From NCBI GenBank assembly GCA_945859975.1, contig CAMAPH010000004.1, forward strand, positions 1 through 64,000: a DNA stretch of 64,000 nucleotides. Direction: 5' to 3'. Positions within the stretch are counted from its first letter, which is position 1; every line of letters starts with the position of its first letter. Below are positions 19,941-29,870 of this stretch, piece by piece. The position numbers and the translations under genes are program-made. Below the pieces are notes generated by a model. The model was not told where the DNA came from. It saw nothing but the letters and a program-made list of their open reading frames with translations, and did no database searches. This DNA is from Chthonomonas calidirosea. Its GTDB lineage: Bacteria; Armatimonadota; Fimbriimonadia; Fimbriimonadales; Fimbriimonadaceae.

Positions 19941-22900
19941 ATGAGAACATTTCCCGTAATTTTCTGTGTCGCCAACGTGGCGATCTTGGCGTTCGCAGTC
20001 GGTCAAGCGCCGAAGCACGTGAGGGCCGCCGCGCCGGTCCAAAAAGTGGACTTCAACCGGGACATTCGGCCAATTTTGGCGAACAAATGTCTCTCCTGCC
20101 ACGGCAACGATAAAAGCGCCGTCATGGCCGGACTTCGCCTCGACACGCGCGCTGGGGCCACTGCAAAACTTAAGTCGGGACGATTCGCAATTGTGCCCGG
20201 CAACACCGCCTCAAGCACCCTCCTGAAGCGTATCCATGCGGCGACGGATTCCGGGATTGTTATGCCTCCGGCCAGCAGCAACAAAGCGCTGACCGGCGAG
20301 GAAAAATTCCTGCTCAAGCTCTGGATTCAGCAAGGCGCCGAATATAAAGAACACTGGGCTTTTCTCAAACCAACCCTCCCGGCTGTGCCGAAAGTTCAAA
20401 ACATCGCTTGGCCGCAGAATCCAGTTGACAATTTCATCCTCAAGCGACTCGAGGAAAAGAAGCTCACTCCAAATCCGCAAGCCGACAAAGCAACCCTTCT
20501 GCGGCGAGTAACGCTCGATCTCACGGGGCTTCCGCCGACCCTTGAGGAACAGACTGCCTTTCTTGCCGACAAATCTACCAACGCCTACGAAAAGGTTGTG
20601 GACCGCTTACTCGCTTCCCCACGCTACGGCGAGCGCATGGCCATGGATTGGGTCGACTACGCCCGCTATGCCGACTCGAACGGATACCAAGCCGATTACG
20701 AGCGATACCAGTGGAGATGGCGAGACTACGTCATCAATGCGTTCAACGCAAACATGCCTTACGACCAGTTCACGGTCGAGCAACTTGCCGGCGACCTGCT
20801 ACCGAACCGGACCCAAGAACAGATCATTGCAACGGGATTCAACCGAAACCACCGCATCAACACCGAAGGTGGAGTCATCGCCGAAGAGTGGCGGGTTGAA
20901 ACGGTCATCGACCGCGTAGAGACGACGTCAACCGTCTGGCTCGGACTGAGCACGGGCTGTGCGCGCTGCCACGACCATAAGTACGATCCGATTAGCCAGA
21001 AGGAGTTCTACAGTCTTTTTGCGTACTTCAACAACGTTCCAGAGTCGGGCACCGGCGAAGAGCGACCGGTCAACCACCCACCGTTCATCAAAGCCCCGAG
21101 CCCGGAACAAACCGCGATGCTTGAGAAGCTTCAAACCGAGCGCGGCTTGATCGAAATGCAATTGGGGCGGATTGTAGACGCGAATGTTCCGGTAGCGAAG
21201 ACTTGGAACTACGAAGCTCCAAAGCCTCCCGCAACTCTCGCGGAGGGCCGACAGTTCAATGCCCCGCTCACCCCTGCCTCAAACCATAAAGCCTTCGGAA
21301 AACCCGTTTTTGAACCGGGTCGCTCAACCGGAGCGGTCGTTACCACGAACGAGAATTATCTCGAGATCGAAAATGCGGGCGACTTCGAGCGAGATCAGGC
21401 ATTCAGCTTTGCGGCTTGGGTCTTCCCACAAAGCGGTGGCGCGCCAATCTCGAAACTAAACGTCAGCGAAAATTTCCGCGGCTGGGATTTGTTCATGGAT
21501 GGTGGTCGGCCGATGGTTCACCTTATTAGCCGGTGGCCAGAGAACGCCATCAAGGTCCGGGCAAAGTCCGCGTTTCCAGAGAACAAGTGGATGCACATCG
21601 CGGTAACCATCGATGGCTCGAGTAAAGCCGCAGGCATTCAGATGTACGTTAACGGAGCGAAGGTGGAAACCGAAACCGAAGTTGACCGACTGACCGAATC
21701 GATTCGAGTCAAGTCAAACTTGTCCGTCGGTCGCCGGACCGGCGGAAACATGTTCACCGGAAAGGTGGATGGGTTCAACCTGTACTCCCGAGTTCTCAAT
21801 GCGGCTGAGGTCATCGCCCTTGCAGACCAGGACCCGATCAAACCGCTGATCGATGTTCCTGCCGACAAGCGAACACCGGCCCAGTCCGCCGAGCTTGCGA
21901 AGTTCTATGCCCGGAAGCACGTTCCAGAGTTTCCAGAGCTAGAGGCAAAGCAAACCGCCACCGCACAGCAGCTGTCGCAGGTTGAAATGGCCGTGCCAAC
22001 CGTCATGGTGATGGAAGAAATGCCAAAGCCAAGGCCAGCGTATGTCCTCGAACGAGGTCTCTATGATAAGCGTGGCGCGGTGGTAGGAATGGGCACGCCA
22101 AAAGCCTTGCCTCCGCTGCCCAAGGGCGTGCCGAACAACCGACTTGGACTCGCCAAGTGGATTGTCTCGCCGGAAAATCCGCTAACGGCCCGAGTAACCG
22201 TGAACCGACTCTGGGAGCGATTCTTCGGGCAAGGCATCGTGCCAACCTCCGAAGACTTTGGTACCCGAGCCGAGTTCCCAAGCCATCCAGAACTGCTGGA
22301 CTGGCTCGCCGTCAAGTTTGTCGATTCCGGCTGGGACCTTAAGGCGTCAGTCAAGACCTTGGTCATGAGCAAGACGTACCAACAGTCCAGCGCCGTAAGC
22401 CCAGCTAAACTCGCAAAGGACCCGACAAACAAACTCTACGGTCGAGGCGCCCGGTTCCGACTTCCAGCCGAAGTCCTCCGAGACCAATCTCTCTTTGCGG
22501 CCAACTTACTCAAAGAGAAAATCGGCGGACCATCGGCTCGCCCGTACGCTCCGAAAGGAATGTGGGACGAGTTTGGTGCTTACGGAAACCTGCGCGACTA
22601 CAAGCCAGACAGCGGCGAGGGTCTTCACCGACGCAGTCTGTACACCATCTGGAAGCGCACAGCCGCGCCGCCAAACATGACGATGTTTGACGTGCCCACT
22701 CGCGAGACGTGCCGAGTCCGCAGATCTCGCACCAACACGCCACTCCAGGCGCTCGTTCTGATGAACGATGAAACGTACATTGAGGCAGCGCGTGGCCTTG
22801 CCCAGGCAGCCATCTCGGCTTCAGCCAACACGGATGACGCCCGAATCACCTCGATGTACCAGTCGCTTCTCTCTCGAACACCAAGTGCCTCCGAAGTCTC

Positions 22901-23084
22901 GGTCCTTAAGGCCGCCGTGCAAAAGCGAAGAGCGCGTTTCACAGCCAAACCTTCGGATGCCGACAAGCTACTGAAAGTTGGCTACCTTCCCACGGTGCCA
23001 GGGCAAGACCCCATCGAAGTCGCTACTTACACCCTCATCGCGAGCACCCTCCTAAACCTCGACGAAGCTGTGACCAAAGAATGA
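19941..23084 (+). CDS. Planctomycete-type cytochrome c / DUF1549 / DUF1553 protein with LamG-like insertion
   Basis: VDFNRDIRPILANKCLSCH, NPVDNFI, LLRRVTLDLTGLPPT, RYADSNG, CARCHDHKYDPI, PSHPELLDWLA, NTPLQALVLMN. Confidence 0.9.
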   Translation: MRTFPVIFCVANVAILAFAVGQAPKHVRAAAPVQKVDFNRDIRPILANKCLSCHGNDKSAVMAGLRLDTRAGATAKLKSGRFAIVPGNTASSTLLKRIHAATDSGIVMPPASSNKALTGEEKFLLKLWIQQGAEYKEHWAFLKPTLPAVPKVQNIAWPQNPVDNFILKRLEEKKLTPNPQADKATLLRRVTLDLTGLPPTLEEQTAFLADKSTNAYEKVVDRLLASPRYGERMAMDWVDYARYADSNGYQADYERYQWRWRDYVINAFNANMPYDQFTVEQLAGDLLPNRTQEQIIATGFNRNHRINTEGGVIAEEWRVETVIDRVETTSTVWLGLSTGCARCHDHKYDPISQKEFYSLFAYFNNVPESGTGEERPVNHPPFIKAPSPEQTAMLEKLQTERGLIEMQLGRIVDANVPVAKTWNYEAPKPPATLAEGRQFNAPLTPASNHKAFGKPVFEPGRSTGAVVTTNENYLEIENAGDFERDQAFSFAAWVFPQSGGAPISKLNVSENFRGWDLFMDGGRPMVHLISRWPENAIKVRAKSAFPENKWMHIAVTIDGSSKAAGIQMYVNGAKVETETEVDRLTESIRVKSNLSVGRRTGGNMFTGKVDGFNLYSRVLNAAEVIALADQDPIKPLIDVPADKRTPAQSAELAKFYARKHVPEFPELEAKQTATAQQLSQVEMAVPTVMVMEEMPKPRPAYVLERGLYDKRGAVVGMGTPKALPPLPKGVPNNRLGLAKWIVSPENPLTARVTVNRLWERFFGQGIVPTSEDFGTRAEFPSHPELLDWLAVKFVDSGWDLKASVKTLVMSKTYQQSSAVSPAKLAKDPTNKLYGRGARFRLPAEVLRDQSLFAANLLKEKIGGPSARPYAPKGMWDEFGAYGNLRDYKPDSGEGLHRRSLYTIWKRTAAPPNMTMFDVPTRETCRVRRSRTNTPLQALVLMNDETYIEAARGLAQAAISASANTDDARITSMYQSLLSRTPSASEVSVLKAAVQKRRARFTAKPSDADKLLKVGYLPTVPGQDPIEVATYTLIASTLLNLDEAVTKE

Positions 23085-24547
23085 AAGACGAGAAGATTCT
23101 CCACCTCCAAGACGCCATCAACCGGCGCATGTTCATCAAGACTTCTGGGCTTGGCCTTGCCGCGCTGGCGGGCTTGTTTGGCAAAGAAGGCTATGCCGCA
23201 ACCCCGCAACAGGGGCCAAAGCGTAGCGGTGGCCTCAAGAAGTTCCCGAACGCAAAGCCGAAAGCTAATCGGGTGATCTACCTGTTCCAAAGCGGTGCCC
23301 CTTCGCACTTGGACTTGTTCGATTACAAGCCGGGCCTAGAGAAGCGATTTGGTGAAGACCTTCCGGACAGCATTCGAAAAGGTCAGCGACTGACCGGAAT
23401 GACCTCGGGACAGGCCAAGTTTCCGGTCACCGGCAGCATGTTCAAGTTTGCCCAACACGGAAAAGCCCGCATTTGGATGAGCGAAATCCTGCCGCACATG
23501 GCGACCATTGCGGATGACATCTGCATGATCAACTCCATGCACACCGACGCGATCAACCATGACCCCGCGGTGACGTTCTTCCAAACCGGAAACCAGTTGG
23601 CAGGTCGCCCTAGCATCGGCTCGTGGCTCGCCTACGGCTTGGGCACGGAGTGCGACAACCTTCCGGCGTACGTTGTTCTAACCTCGGTCGGTACCGGTCG
23701 AAGCGATGACCAGCCGCTTTACGATCGATTATGGGGCACTGGCTTCTTGCCAACCCAGCACCAAGGGGTCCGCTTCCGAAGTGCAGGCGATGCGGTTCTG
23801 TATCTCAACGATCCAGAAGGAGTCGATCGCAGCACGCGTCGAGAAATGCTCGACGAACTCGGCCAGTTGAACAAAATTCGCCACACCCTGGTCGGCGACC
23901 CAGAGATCAACACTCGCATTTCGCAGTACGAAATGGCCTTCCGTATGCAGACCTCGGTGCCTGACTTGCTCGATATCTCCAAAGAGCCGTCGAACATCTT
24001 GGAAATGTACGGACCGAACGTTAAGCAGCCGGGAACGTTTGCCTACAACTGCCTGCTAGCTCGTCGATTAGCCGAACGAGGCGTTCGATTTACGCAACTC
24101 TTCCACCGAGGCTGGGACCACCACGACAGCCTTCCGGGTGCCATTCGCGGCCAGGCAATGGATACCGACCAGCCTAGCGCGGCCCTCATCAAGGACCTGA
24201 AACAGCGCGGGATGTTGGACGACACTCTTGTGGTCTGGGGTGGCGAGTTCGGACGAACCGTGTACTCCCAAGGAAACTCAAGTCAGACGAATTACGGCCG
24301 TGATCACCACCCGCGCGCGTTCTCGCTCTGGGTCGCCGGTGGAGGATTCAAGCCCGGTATGTCGTGGGGCCAAACCGACGATTACGGCTACAACATCACG
24401 GAAAATCCGGTGAGCGTTCACGATCTCCACGCGACCATGCTGCACGTGCTGGGTGTCGATCACACCCAGCTCACGTACCGCTATCAGGGCCGAGATTTCC
24501 GCTTGACGGATGTCTTCGGCGAAGTGATGGAAGATCTGCTCGTCTAG
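23081..24547 (+). CDS. DUF1501 protein (Tat signal; sulfatase/alkaline-phosphatase-like)
   Basis: NRRMFIK, VIYLFQSGAPSHLDLFDYKP, GWDHH, VWGGEFGRT, GRDHHP, VHDLHAT; ATGA overlap with upstream gene. Confidence 0.9.
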   Translation: MKDEKILHLQDAINRRMFIKTSGLGLAALAGLFGKEGYAATPQQGPKRSGGLKKFPNAKPKANRVIYLFQSGAPSHLDLFDYKPGLEKRFGEDLPDSIRKGQRLTGMTSGQAKFPVTGSMFKFAQHGKARIWMSEILPHMATIADDICMINSMHTDAINHDPAVTFFQTGNQLAGRPSIGSWLAYGLGTECDNLPAYVVLTSVGTGRSDDQPLYDRLWGTGFLPTQHQGVRFRSAGDAVLYLNDPEGVDRSTRREMLDELGQLNKIRHTLVGDPEINTRISQYEMAFRMQTSVPDLLDISKEPSNILEMYGPNVKQPGTFAYNCLLARRLAERGVRFTQLFHRGWDHHDSLPGAIRGQAMDTDQPSAALIKDLKQRGMLDDTLVVWGGEFGRTVYSQGNSSQTNYGRDHHPRAFSLWVAGGGFKPGMSWGQTDDYGYNITENPVSVHDLHATMLHVLGVDHTQLTYRYQGRDFRLTDVFGEVMEDLLV

Positions 24548-25572
24548 CTCAGCTTCCGGAGCAAAGTAATTCGGCCGATTGGAACCCACTCGGCCACCAA
24601 GATGTCGCCGTTCGCCAAGAACATGGCGTCGTGCGGGTGGATGAACTTGCCCGGAATGAAATCCGCCCTCGGACGATCTCGAAGATTCGAGGGCTTTCCG
24701 TCACCAAGATGGACGATGACTTTGTTATCTTCATCAAGCACCGTGACCACGCTTTCCAAGTCAGGGAACAGCATCTCGTTGCCACGAATGCTGAAATGGC
24801 ACGGCATGCGGACGCCATCGGTCACGAACTTGACGTGCTTGCCGTCTAGGTCGAAGTACTGAATTCGGCGATTTCCCCGGTCTGCGACGGCGAGGAGCGG
24901 CTCAGAGCCGCGCTCGTCTAGCCAAAGTCCGTGAGGACAGTTGGTCATTCCGGCCGCGCTACCAGGCCCGCCAAAGCTTCGGACATAATTAGCATCTTTG
25001 TCGTATTGGTGAATCCAACTAGAACCGTAGCCATCACCAATGTAAAAGCCTCCATCTGGCGCAAAAGCAACGTTGGTCGGTGTGAACCCGCCACCGGACG
25101 GATACTTTCCGGATTCCTTCGGCAGGCCCTTTTCCCAGATCACCGTACCGTCGAGGGTCGTTTTGACAACCTTGTTGTGTGCGACATCGCAGTGGTAGAT
25201 GTACTCCCGATTGCCTTCCTTTCGTATGTCGAGCCCGTGCGCGCCTCCGCGGAACTGCGCCCCCCAGGACCCGGCGAAGTTACCGTTCGAAGCAAATACA
25301 CAGATCGCATCGGAACTCGTGCTAGCACCGTTTACGGTGTGCGCCACGTAGATGCGGCCCTGGCTATCTTGTGCGACGCCGTGAGTGTCGCCAAACTTGA
25401 TATGCGCTGGCGCCTTGAGCCAGTCGTGGACGCACTCGTAGCGATGCTCACCCGAGCCCAAGATGACCGGCTCCTGAGGTTTCATCCCCAGGCTATGCGC
25501 AACTGCACCAACGGCCACCGTTCCGGTGGTTGCTAAGAATTTTCGTCGGGAAATACATCGGTCGGAGTTCAC
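24544..25572 (-). CDS. Tat-exported NHL-repeat beta-propeller protein (peptidylglycine lyase-like)
   Basis: SRRKFL, PTNVAFAPDGGFYIGDGYG, CPHGLWLD, VADRGNRRIQYF, HPHD. Confidence 0.8.
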   Translation of the reverse strand: MNSDRCISRRKFLATTGTVAVGAVAHSLGMKPQEPVILGSGEHRYECVHDWLKAPAHIKFGDTHGVAQDSQGRIYVAHTVNGASTSSDAICVFASNGNFAGSWGAQFRGGAHGLDIRKEGNREYIYHCDVAHNKVVKTTLDGTVIWEKGLPKESGKYPSGGGFTPTNVAFAPDGGFYIGDGYGSSWIHQYDKDANYVRSFGGPGSAAGMTNCPHGLWLDERGSEPLLAVADRGNRRIQYFDLDGKHVKFVTDGVRMPCHFSIRGNEMLFPDLESVVTVLDEDNKVIVHLGDGKPSNLRDRPRADFIPGKFIHPHDAMFLANGDILVAEWVPIGRITLLRKLS

Positions 25573-25664
25573 CGTCGGAGTTTAGTACGTCGGAGAGATT
25601 TCAGCAAACGGCCCAGCTCAAAAATCGGTACCCAGAACAGAAACATCACACTATAATTTTATGC

Positions 25665-26162
25665 ATGACCAGTACAGCGACGACGCCCGAGGAGTACCTG
25701 GCCGAGCTATCGGACGATCGACGATCCGCCCTAACTGCAGTTCGGGCAGTGATTCTGGAAAACCTCAATCCTGGGTTCGTTGAGGGCATGGTGTATGGAC
25801 ACATCGGTTACTACGTGCCACATGAGTTGTATCCGGCGGGCTATCACTGCGATCCGAAGATGCCATTGGTGTTCGCAAGCCTAGCCTCACAGAAGCAGCA
25901 CATGGCGGTGTACCTGACGATTTGCGGCGCGGATGCAGCACGTCGATTCCAGGAGGATTACCTTGCCACCGGCAAAAAGCTGGACATGGGAGTCTCGTGC
26001 GTGCGATTTAAGAAGCTCGAAAATCTAGCGCTCGATGTAGTAGGACGCCTTATCAAGGAGACAACGGTCGAGAAGTACATCGCAGACTACGAGCGTGCTC
26101 GGGCCCAAGCGGCGATTGATGCCGCGGAGAGAAAGGCAGCACGTAACGCATCGAAGGCCTAA
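25665..26162 (+). CDS. DUF1801 family protein
   Basis: EEYLAEL..R.VILENL..GFVEGM.YG.IGY.VP...YP.GYHC..LASQKQHMAVY..LDMG.SCVRFKK; ATG 7 nt after TATAAT. Confidence 0.8.
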   Translation: MTSTATTPEEYLAELSDDRRSALTAVRAVILENLNPGFVEGMVYGHIGYYVPHELYPAGYHCDPKMPLVFASLASQKQHMAVYLTICGADAARRFQEDYLATGKKLDMGVSCVRFKKLENLALDVVGRLIKETTVEKYIADYERARAQAAIDAAERKAARNASKA

Positions 26163-26870
26163 TCAGAACTCGACTTCGTCGGATCGAGCGGGTTCGTTTT
26201 GTTGCTGACGATGGCGCTCGATGACGACAAGAGCGTCCTGGGCGGCGGACTGTTCGGCTTCCTTCTTTGAACGGCCGGTGCCTTCGCCGATGACCTCATC
26301 GTAAATCAGGGCTTGCACGGTGAACCGTTTGTCATGAGAGAAGCCACTTTCCTGGATCACCCGATAGTTCGGCTGCGTGCGCCAGATGGCTTGAGCTTGT
26401 TCTTGCAGCTTCGACTTAAAGTCGTCGGGGTTCACGTCGCCGCCGCGGATTCGCATGATGGCTTCGTGCATTTGCTCCAGCACGAACCATCGCGCGACTT
26501 CTAGGCCGTTTTCCAGATACACCGCTCCGATGACGGCTTCCAGGACGTCGGCGAGGACAGACGGGCGGGTTTTGCCTCCGGTGGCTTCTTCGCTGGCCGA
26601 GAGTTCGATGTACTGGTCAAAGCCAAGGCGCGCCGCTACTTGGGCGAGCGGGGCTTCTTGGACGATGCTGGACTTGGCTTTTGAAAGCAGGCCCTGATCC
26701 CAGTCCGGATGGTGCTCATAGAGGTACTGGGCAATGATCATGCCCAGTACCGAGTCGCCAAAGAACTCCAGCCGTTCGTAGCTCTCCTCCACCGTTTTGG
26801 TTGCAGAACGGTGGCGCATGGCCAGCTTGAATAAAGCTTCGTTGCGGAGCGGAACGGCCTTTGGGATCAT
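26163..26870 (-). CDS. rnc: Ribonuclease III
   Basis: YERLEFFGDSVL signature, ADVLEAVIGAVYL, dsRBD (KSKLQE..GRSKKEAEQSAA). Confidence 0.96.
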   Translation of the reverse strand: MIPKAVPLRNEALFKLAMRHRSATKTVEESYERLEFFGDSVLGMIIAQYLYEHHPDWDQGLLSKAKSSIVQEAPLAQVAARLGFDQYIELSASEEATGGKTRPSVLADVLEAVIGAVYLENGLEVARWFVLEQMHEAIMRIRGGDVNPDDFKSKLQEQAQAIWRTQPNYRVIQESGFSHDKRFTVQALIYDEVIGEGTGRSKKEAEQSAAQDALVVIERHRQQQNEPARSDEVEF

Positions 26871-28054
26871 GCGCGGAGTTTGCTTACCGCCTTTTCGATT
26901 CTTTCGAGACCGCGCTGAATGTTGTCTCGGCTTGCGGCATAGCTCAGCCGCAGGTGGCCGGGACCTTCGAACACCGAGCCCGGGATCACCGCGACTTCGG
27001 CTTCGTCCAGCAAGTAGGTTGCCAGGGCGAGGTCGTCGGGAATCTCTGGGTTGAGATAGGCCGAGAAGTCCGGGAAGGCGTAGAACGCGCCTTCGGGCGT
27101 TGGGACTTTTACATCCGGGATCGCGCGAAGTCCGGCGAGGATGATGTCTCGTCGCGCTTCAAACTCGGCCCTCATGGTTTCTACGGACGAAGCAGGCATG
27201 CGGAATGCGGCGGCAGCGCCGACTTGGGCGAACGACGTCGGGTTAGAAGTCACCTGATCTTGCAGGTGGCTCATGCCGGCGGCGACCCATTTCGGTCCGG
27301 CGGCGAATCCGATTCGCCATCCAGTCATGGCGTAGGTCTTCGAGACTCCGCCGATCGTGATGGTCTGCTCCGCGATTTCTTTGCCAAGCGAGGCGAAGCA
27401 TTGCGGGGTTACGCCGTAAACGAGTCGCTCATAGATTTCGTCCGAGACGACCCAGAAGCCGTGGCGGAGGGCCAGGGAGGCGATTTCCTTCAGGGTTTCC
27501 CGAGGGAGGACCGCACCGGTCGGGTTGCTGGGCGAGTTTAGGACCAGCATTTTGGTTCGCGGTGAGATGGCCGCTTTGAGCTGGTCGAACGTCGGCACGA
27601 AGCCAGCTTCGGCAGCGCAATGGATAACCACCGGCACGCCTTCCGCAAGCTTGACTTGCTCTGCATACGTCATCCAGTACGGGGCGAGGAGGATGACCTC
27701 ATCGCCGGGTTCTAGCAGCGTCTGCATAACGTTGTACAGCGAATGCTTGGCGCCGCAGCTGACGACGACTTGGTCGGGGGCTACGGTCAGGCCGTTTTCG
27801 GTGGCCAGTTTGGAAACGATCGCGTCTTTGAGATCCTTGGTTCCGGCGCTTGGGGTGTATTTCGTGAAGCCTTTGTGGATGGCATCGATGGCAGCTTCAC
27901 AGATGGAATCGGGCGTGTTGAAGTCAGGCTCTCCGGCAGCGAAGGAGATGACATCTTTACCTTCGGCACGCAGGGAGTTGGCTTTCGCGGTAATCGCGAG
28001 GGTTGGCGAGGGGCGCAGGGCGGCCGCGCGAGCAGAAAGGCCGAGGGTTTTCAC
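26867..28054 (-). CDS. PLP-dependent aminotransferase class I/II (aspartate aminotransferase-like)
   Basis: AGEPDF, NSPSNPTG, SDEIY, SKTYAMTGWRIG. Confidence 0.93.
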   Translation of the reverse strand: MKTLGLSARAAALRPSPTLAITAKANSLRAEGKDVISFAAGEPDFNTPDSICEAAIDAIHKGFTKYTPSAGTKDLKDAIVSKLATENGLTVAPDQVVVSCGAKHSLYNVMQTLLEPGDEVILLAPYWMTYAEQVKLAEGVPVVIHCAAEAGFVPTFDQLKAAISPRTKMLVLNSPSNPTGAVLPRETLKEIASLALRHGFWVVSDEIYERLVYGVTPQCFASLGKEIAEQTITIGGVSKTYAMTGWRIGFAAGPKWVAAGMSHLQDQVTSNPTSFAQVGAAAAFRMPASSVETMRAEFEARRDIILAGLRAIPDVKVPTPEGAFYAFPDFSAYLNPEIPDDLALATYLLDEAEVAVIPGSVFEGPGHLRLSYAASRDNIQRGLERIEKAVSKLRA

Positions 28055-28078
28055 CTTGTTGCGGAGTATATTCCCCTT

Positions 28079-29107
28079 GTGACCGCCCGCGCCCTATCGC
28101 AACGGGCAAGACTCCTCTTCGTTGCCATTCCCGTCGTTACATTCCTGCTGATGCTGGTGTACGTGCGCGTCGGAAGCGTTGGCAACCACGGTATTGGCGC
28201 CATTGCAGCGCAGATTCTTCGTGGCCCGCGGGGCGACCACTTTTTGAACGACGTGGTCTGGCAAATTCGATTGCCACGCGGTTTGACGGTGGCACTGGTC
28301 GGTGCGATCCTAGGCCTCGTAGGTTGCGCGTTCCAGGCTCTGTTCCGAAACCCGTTAGCTGATCCGTACATCGTCGGCGTATCTTCTGGTTCGGCGGTCG
28401 GTGGTGCACTGGCGTTGATTTTTGGCTTCGGTGCTTGGCTCGGCGGAGTTGGCATGTTAGCGGCGGGGTTTGCCGGAGGCATGGTCTCCCTGATCCTGGT
28501 CTACGGTCTGGCGCGAAAGCACCGAGTTGTCGATGTCCAGAGCCTTTTGCTCGCGGGCGTTACCGTGGCGGCCCTGCTTAGCGCGGTGCTGTCGTTCATC
28601 CTCATGTTGGCCGGGCATGACACGACGCAGATTCTTGGCTTCTTGCTCGGGCACACATCGGATTCGAGTTGGACGAAAGTTGGGCTGCTCTTCCCTACTC
28701 TCGTCATTGGGTTAGCGTTTTTGTATTCTCGAAGTCGGCGATTGAATGCGCTGGCGGTAGGAGAGGCGAGTGCGGAGCGGCTCGGCGTGGACGTTCGGCG
28801 GCTGACCAAAGAGATCCTGCTTGTTGGGACCGCGATGACGGCGGCAGCGGTTGGGTCGGTTGGCATTGTTGGCTTCATCGGGCTGGTTGCCCCACACTTG
28901 GCTCGACGGCTTTTTGGCGTCGACTGGCGAGTGTCGCTTCCGGGATCAGCTCTACTGGGGACGATTGTTTTGCTCATCGCCGACTTGATTGGTCAGCGGG
29001 CGCTAAGCGAAATCATGCAGCGGCCGGGGATGGAAGTGAACGTTGGGATCGTTTCGGCGCTTTTGGGGGCGCCCTCTTTGCTGATTTTGTTGCGTCGGTC
29101 AGAGTGA
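28079..29107 (+). CDS. FecCD/BtuC-family iron-chelate or cobalamin ABC permease
   Basis: WQIRLPR, QALFRNPLADPYIVGVSSG, A.RLGV, GIVGFIGLVAPH; GTG 28079 6 nt after TATATT. Confidence 0.9.
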   Translation: MTARALSQRARLLFVAIPVVTFLLMLVYVRVGSVGNHGIGAIAAQILRGPRGDHFLNDVVWQIRLPRGLTVALVGAILGLVGCAFQALFRNPLADPYIVGVSSGSAVGGALALIFGFGAWLGGVGMLAAGFAGGMVSLILVYGLARKHRVVDVQSLLLAGVTVAALLSAVLSFILMLAGHDTTQILGFLLGHTSDSSWTKVGLLFPTLVIGLAFLYSRSRRLNALAVGEASAERLGVDVRRLTKEILLVGTAMTAAAVGSVGIVGFIGLVAPHLARRLFGVDWRVSLPGSALLGTIVLLIADLIGQRALSEIMQRPGMEVNVGIVSALLGAPSLLILLRRSE

Positions 29108-29328
29108 TTTACCTACGACTCGTGATGGCCCAGGGCCGAATTAATTAACGTTCCCCCCCAGGAAAATTAATTAATTACAGGGCGTTTTAGGTTCGGAGGG
29201 GGCGCTTTGCGTGGCTTTGATTGGCCTTGTTTGGCTCTGCGTGGCGGTCGGATTGCGCATAGCTTAAATGTCCTGAGACGGCGGAAAGTCAACCAAGAAT
29301 TTTTGTTTGAGCTGGAATTACGGTTGGC

Positions 29329-29369
29329 GGCTGCTCGAACTCACCCGGGACGGGTGAGCTACGGGACGG
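29329..29369. repeat. GTAG-type REP-like element, copy 1
   Basis: Minus strand GTAG-CTCACCCG-tcc-CGGGTGAG; 36/41 identical to 30929-30969. Confidence 0.7.
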
Positions 29370-29376
29370 GCTTCGC

Positions 29377-29400
29377 AGCGTAGGCGTCCTCGCCTGCGTT
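29377..29400 (+). repeat. Second REP-like palindrome, head-to-head with copy 1
   Basis: (GCAG)CGTAGGCG-tcct-CGCCTGCG. Confidence 0.5.
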
Positions 29401-29489
29401 TCCGAACTGCGGCTGGACGGACTCACCCACGGCTGAGGGCACCCAATTAACGGGAGAGGAGTGCCAACGCAGTTCCCGTGCTTATAGCT

Positions 29490-29870
29490 TCAGCTTGGTG
29501 TTACGACGGTCAGAACCCAAGTTTTGATGATCTCAAATTCTTCACGAGCCTTCACCAAGTCATCGAGCTCTATTTCAGGCCCGCCGGGATACCGAGTTAG
29601 CCAAGCGAAGACGGTCAAACTTCCAGCTGCATCCAAGACCCGATGGGACACTCGTTCGGCCGGCAGAAGGCCGAGTAGCTGGACAAGGTCATGCGATCGG
29701 GGTGGGGTGATATCGACGGAGACAAGCGCCGCCTTGAGATACTTTTCCGCCGCTTGCTGGACGTGATAGGCAGCCATACCGTAGGGACCACCAGCCTCTG
29801 AAATGAGCGCGACGACCGACTCATCTTCTTTCGCCTTGTGTAACCAGGCTTGCGACGACTTATCTGGCAT
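29490..29870 (-). CDS. HEPN domain protein (partner of MNT)
   Basis: AWLHKAKED..YHVQQAAEKYLKA..PRSHDL..RYP; start reset to ATG 29870, overlapping the MNT 3' end. Confidence 0.88.
   Translation of the reverse strand: MPDKSSQAWLHKAKEDESVVALISEAGGPYGMAAYHVQQAAEKYLKAALVSVDITPPRSHDLVQLLGLLPAERVSHRVLDAAGSLTVFAWLTRYPGGPEIELDDLVKAREEFEIIKTWVLTVVTPS

Noticed and set aside
27743..28078. Long N-terminal extension of the FecCD permease in the ORF track
   Set aside because: It overlaps the aminotransferase antisense; GTG 28079 has the -10/6-nt geometry and gives normal length
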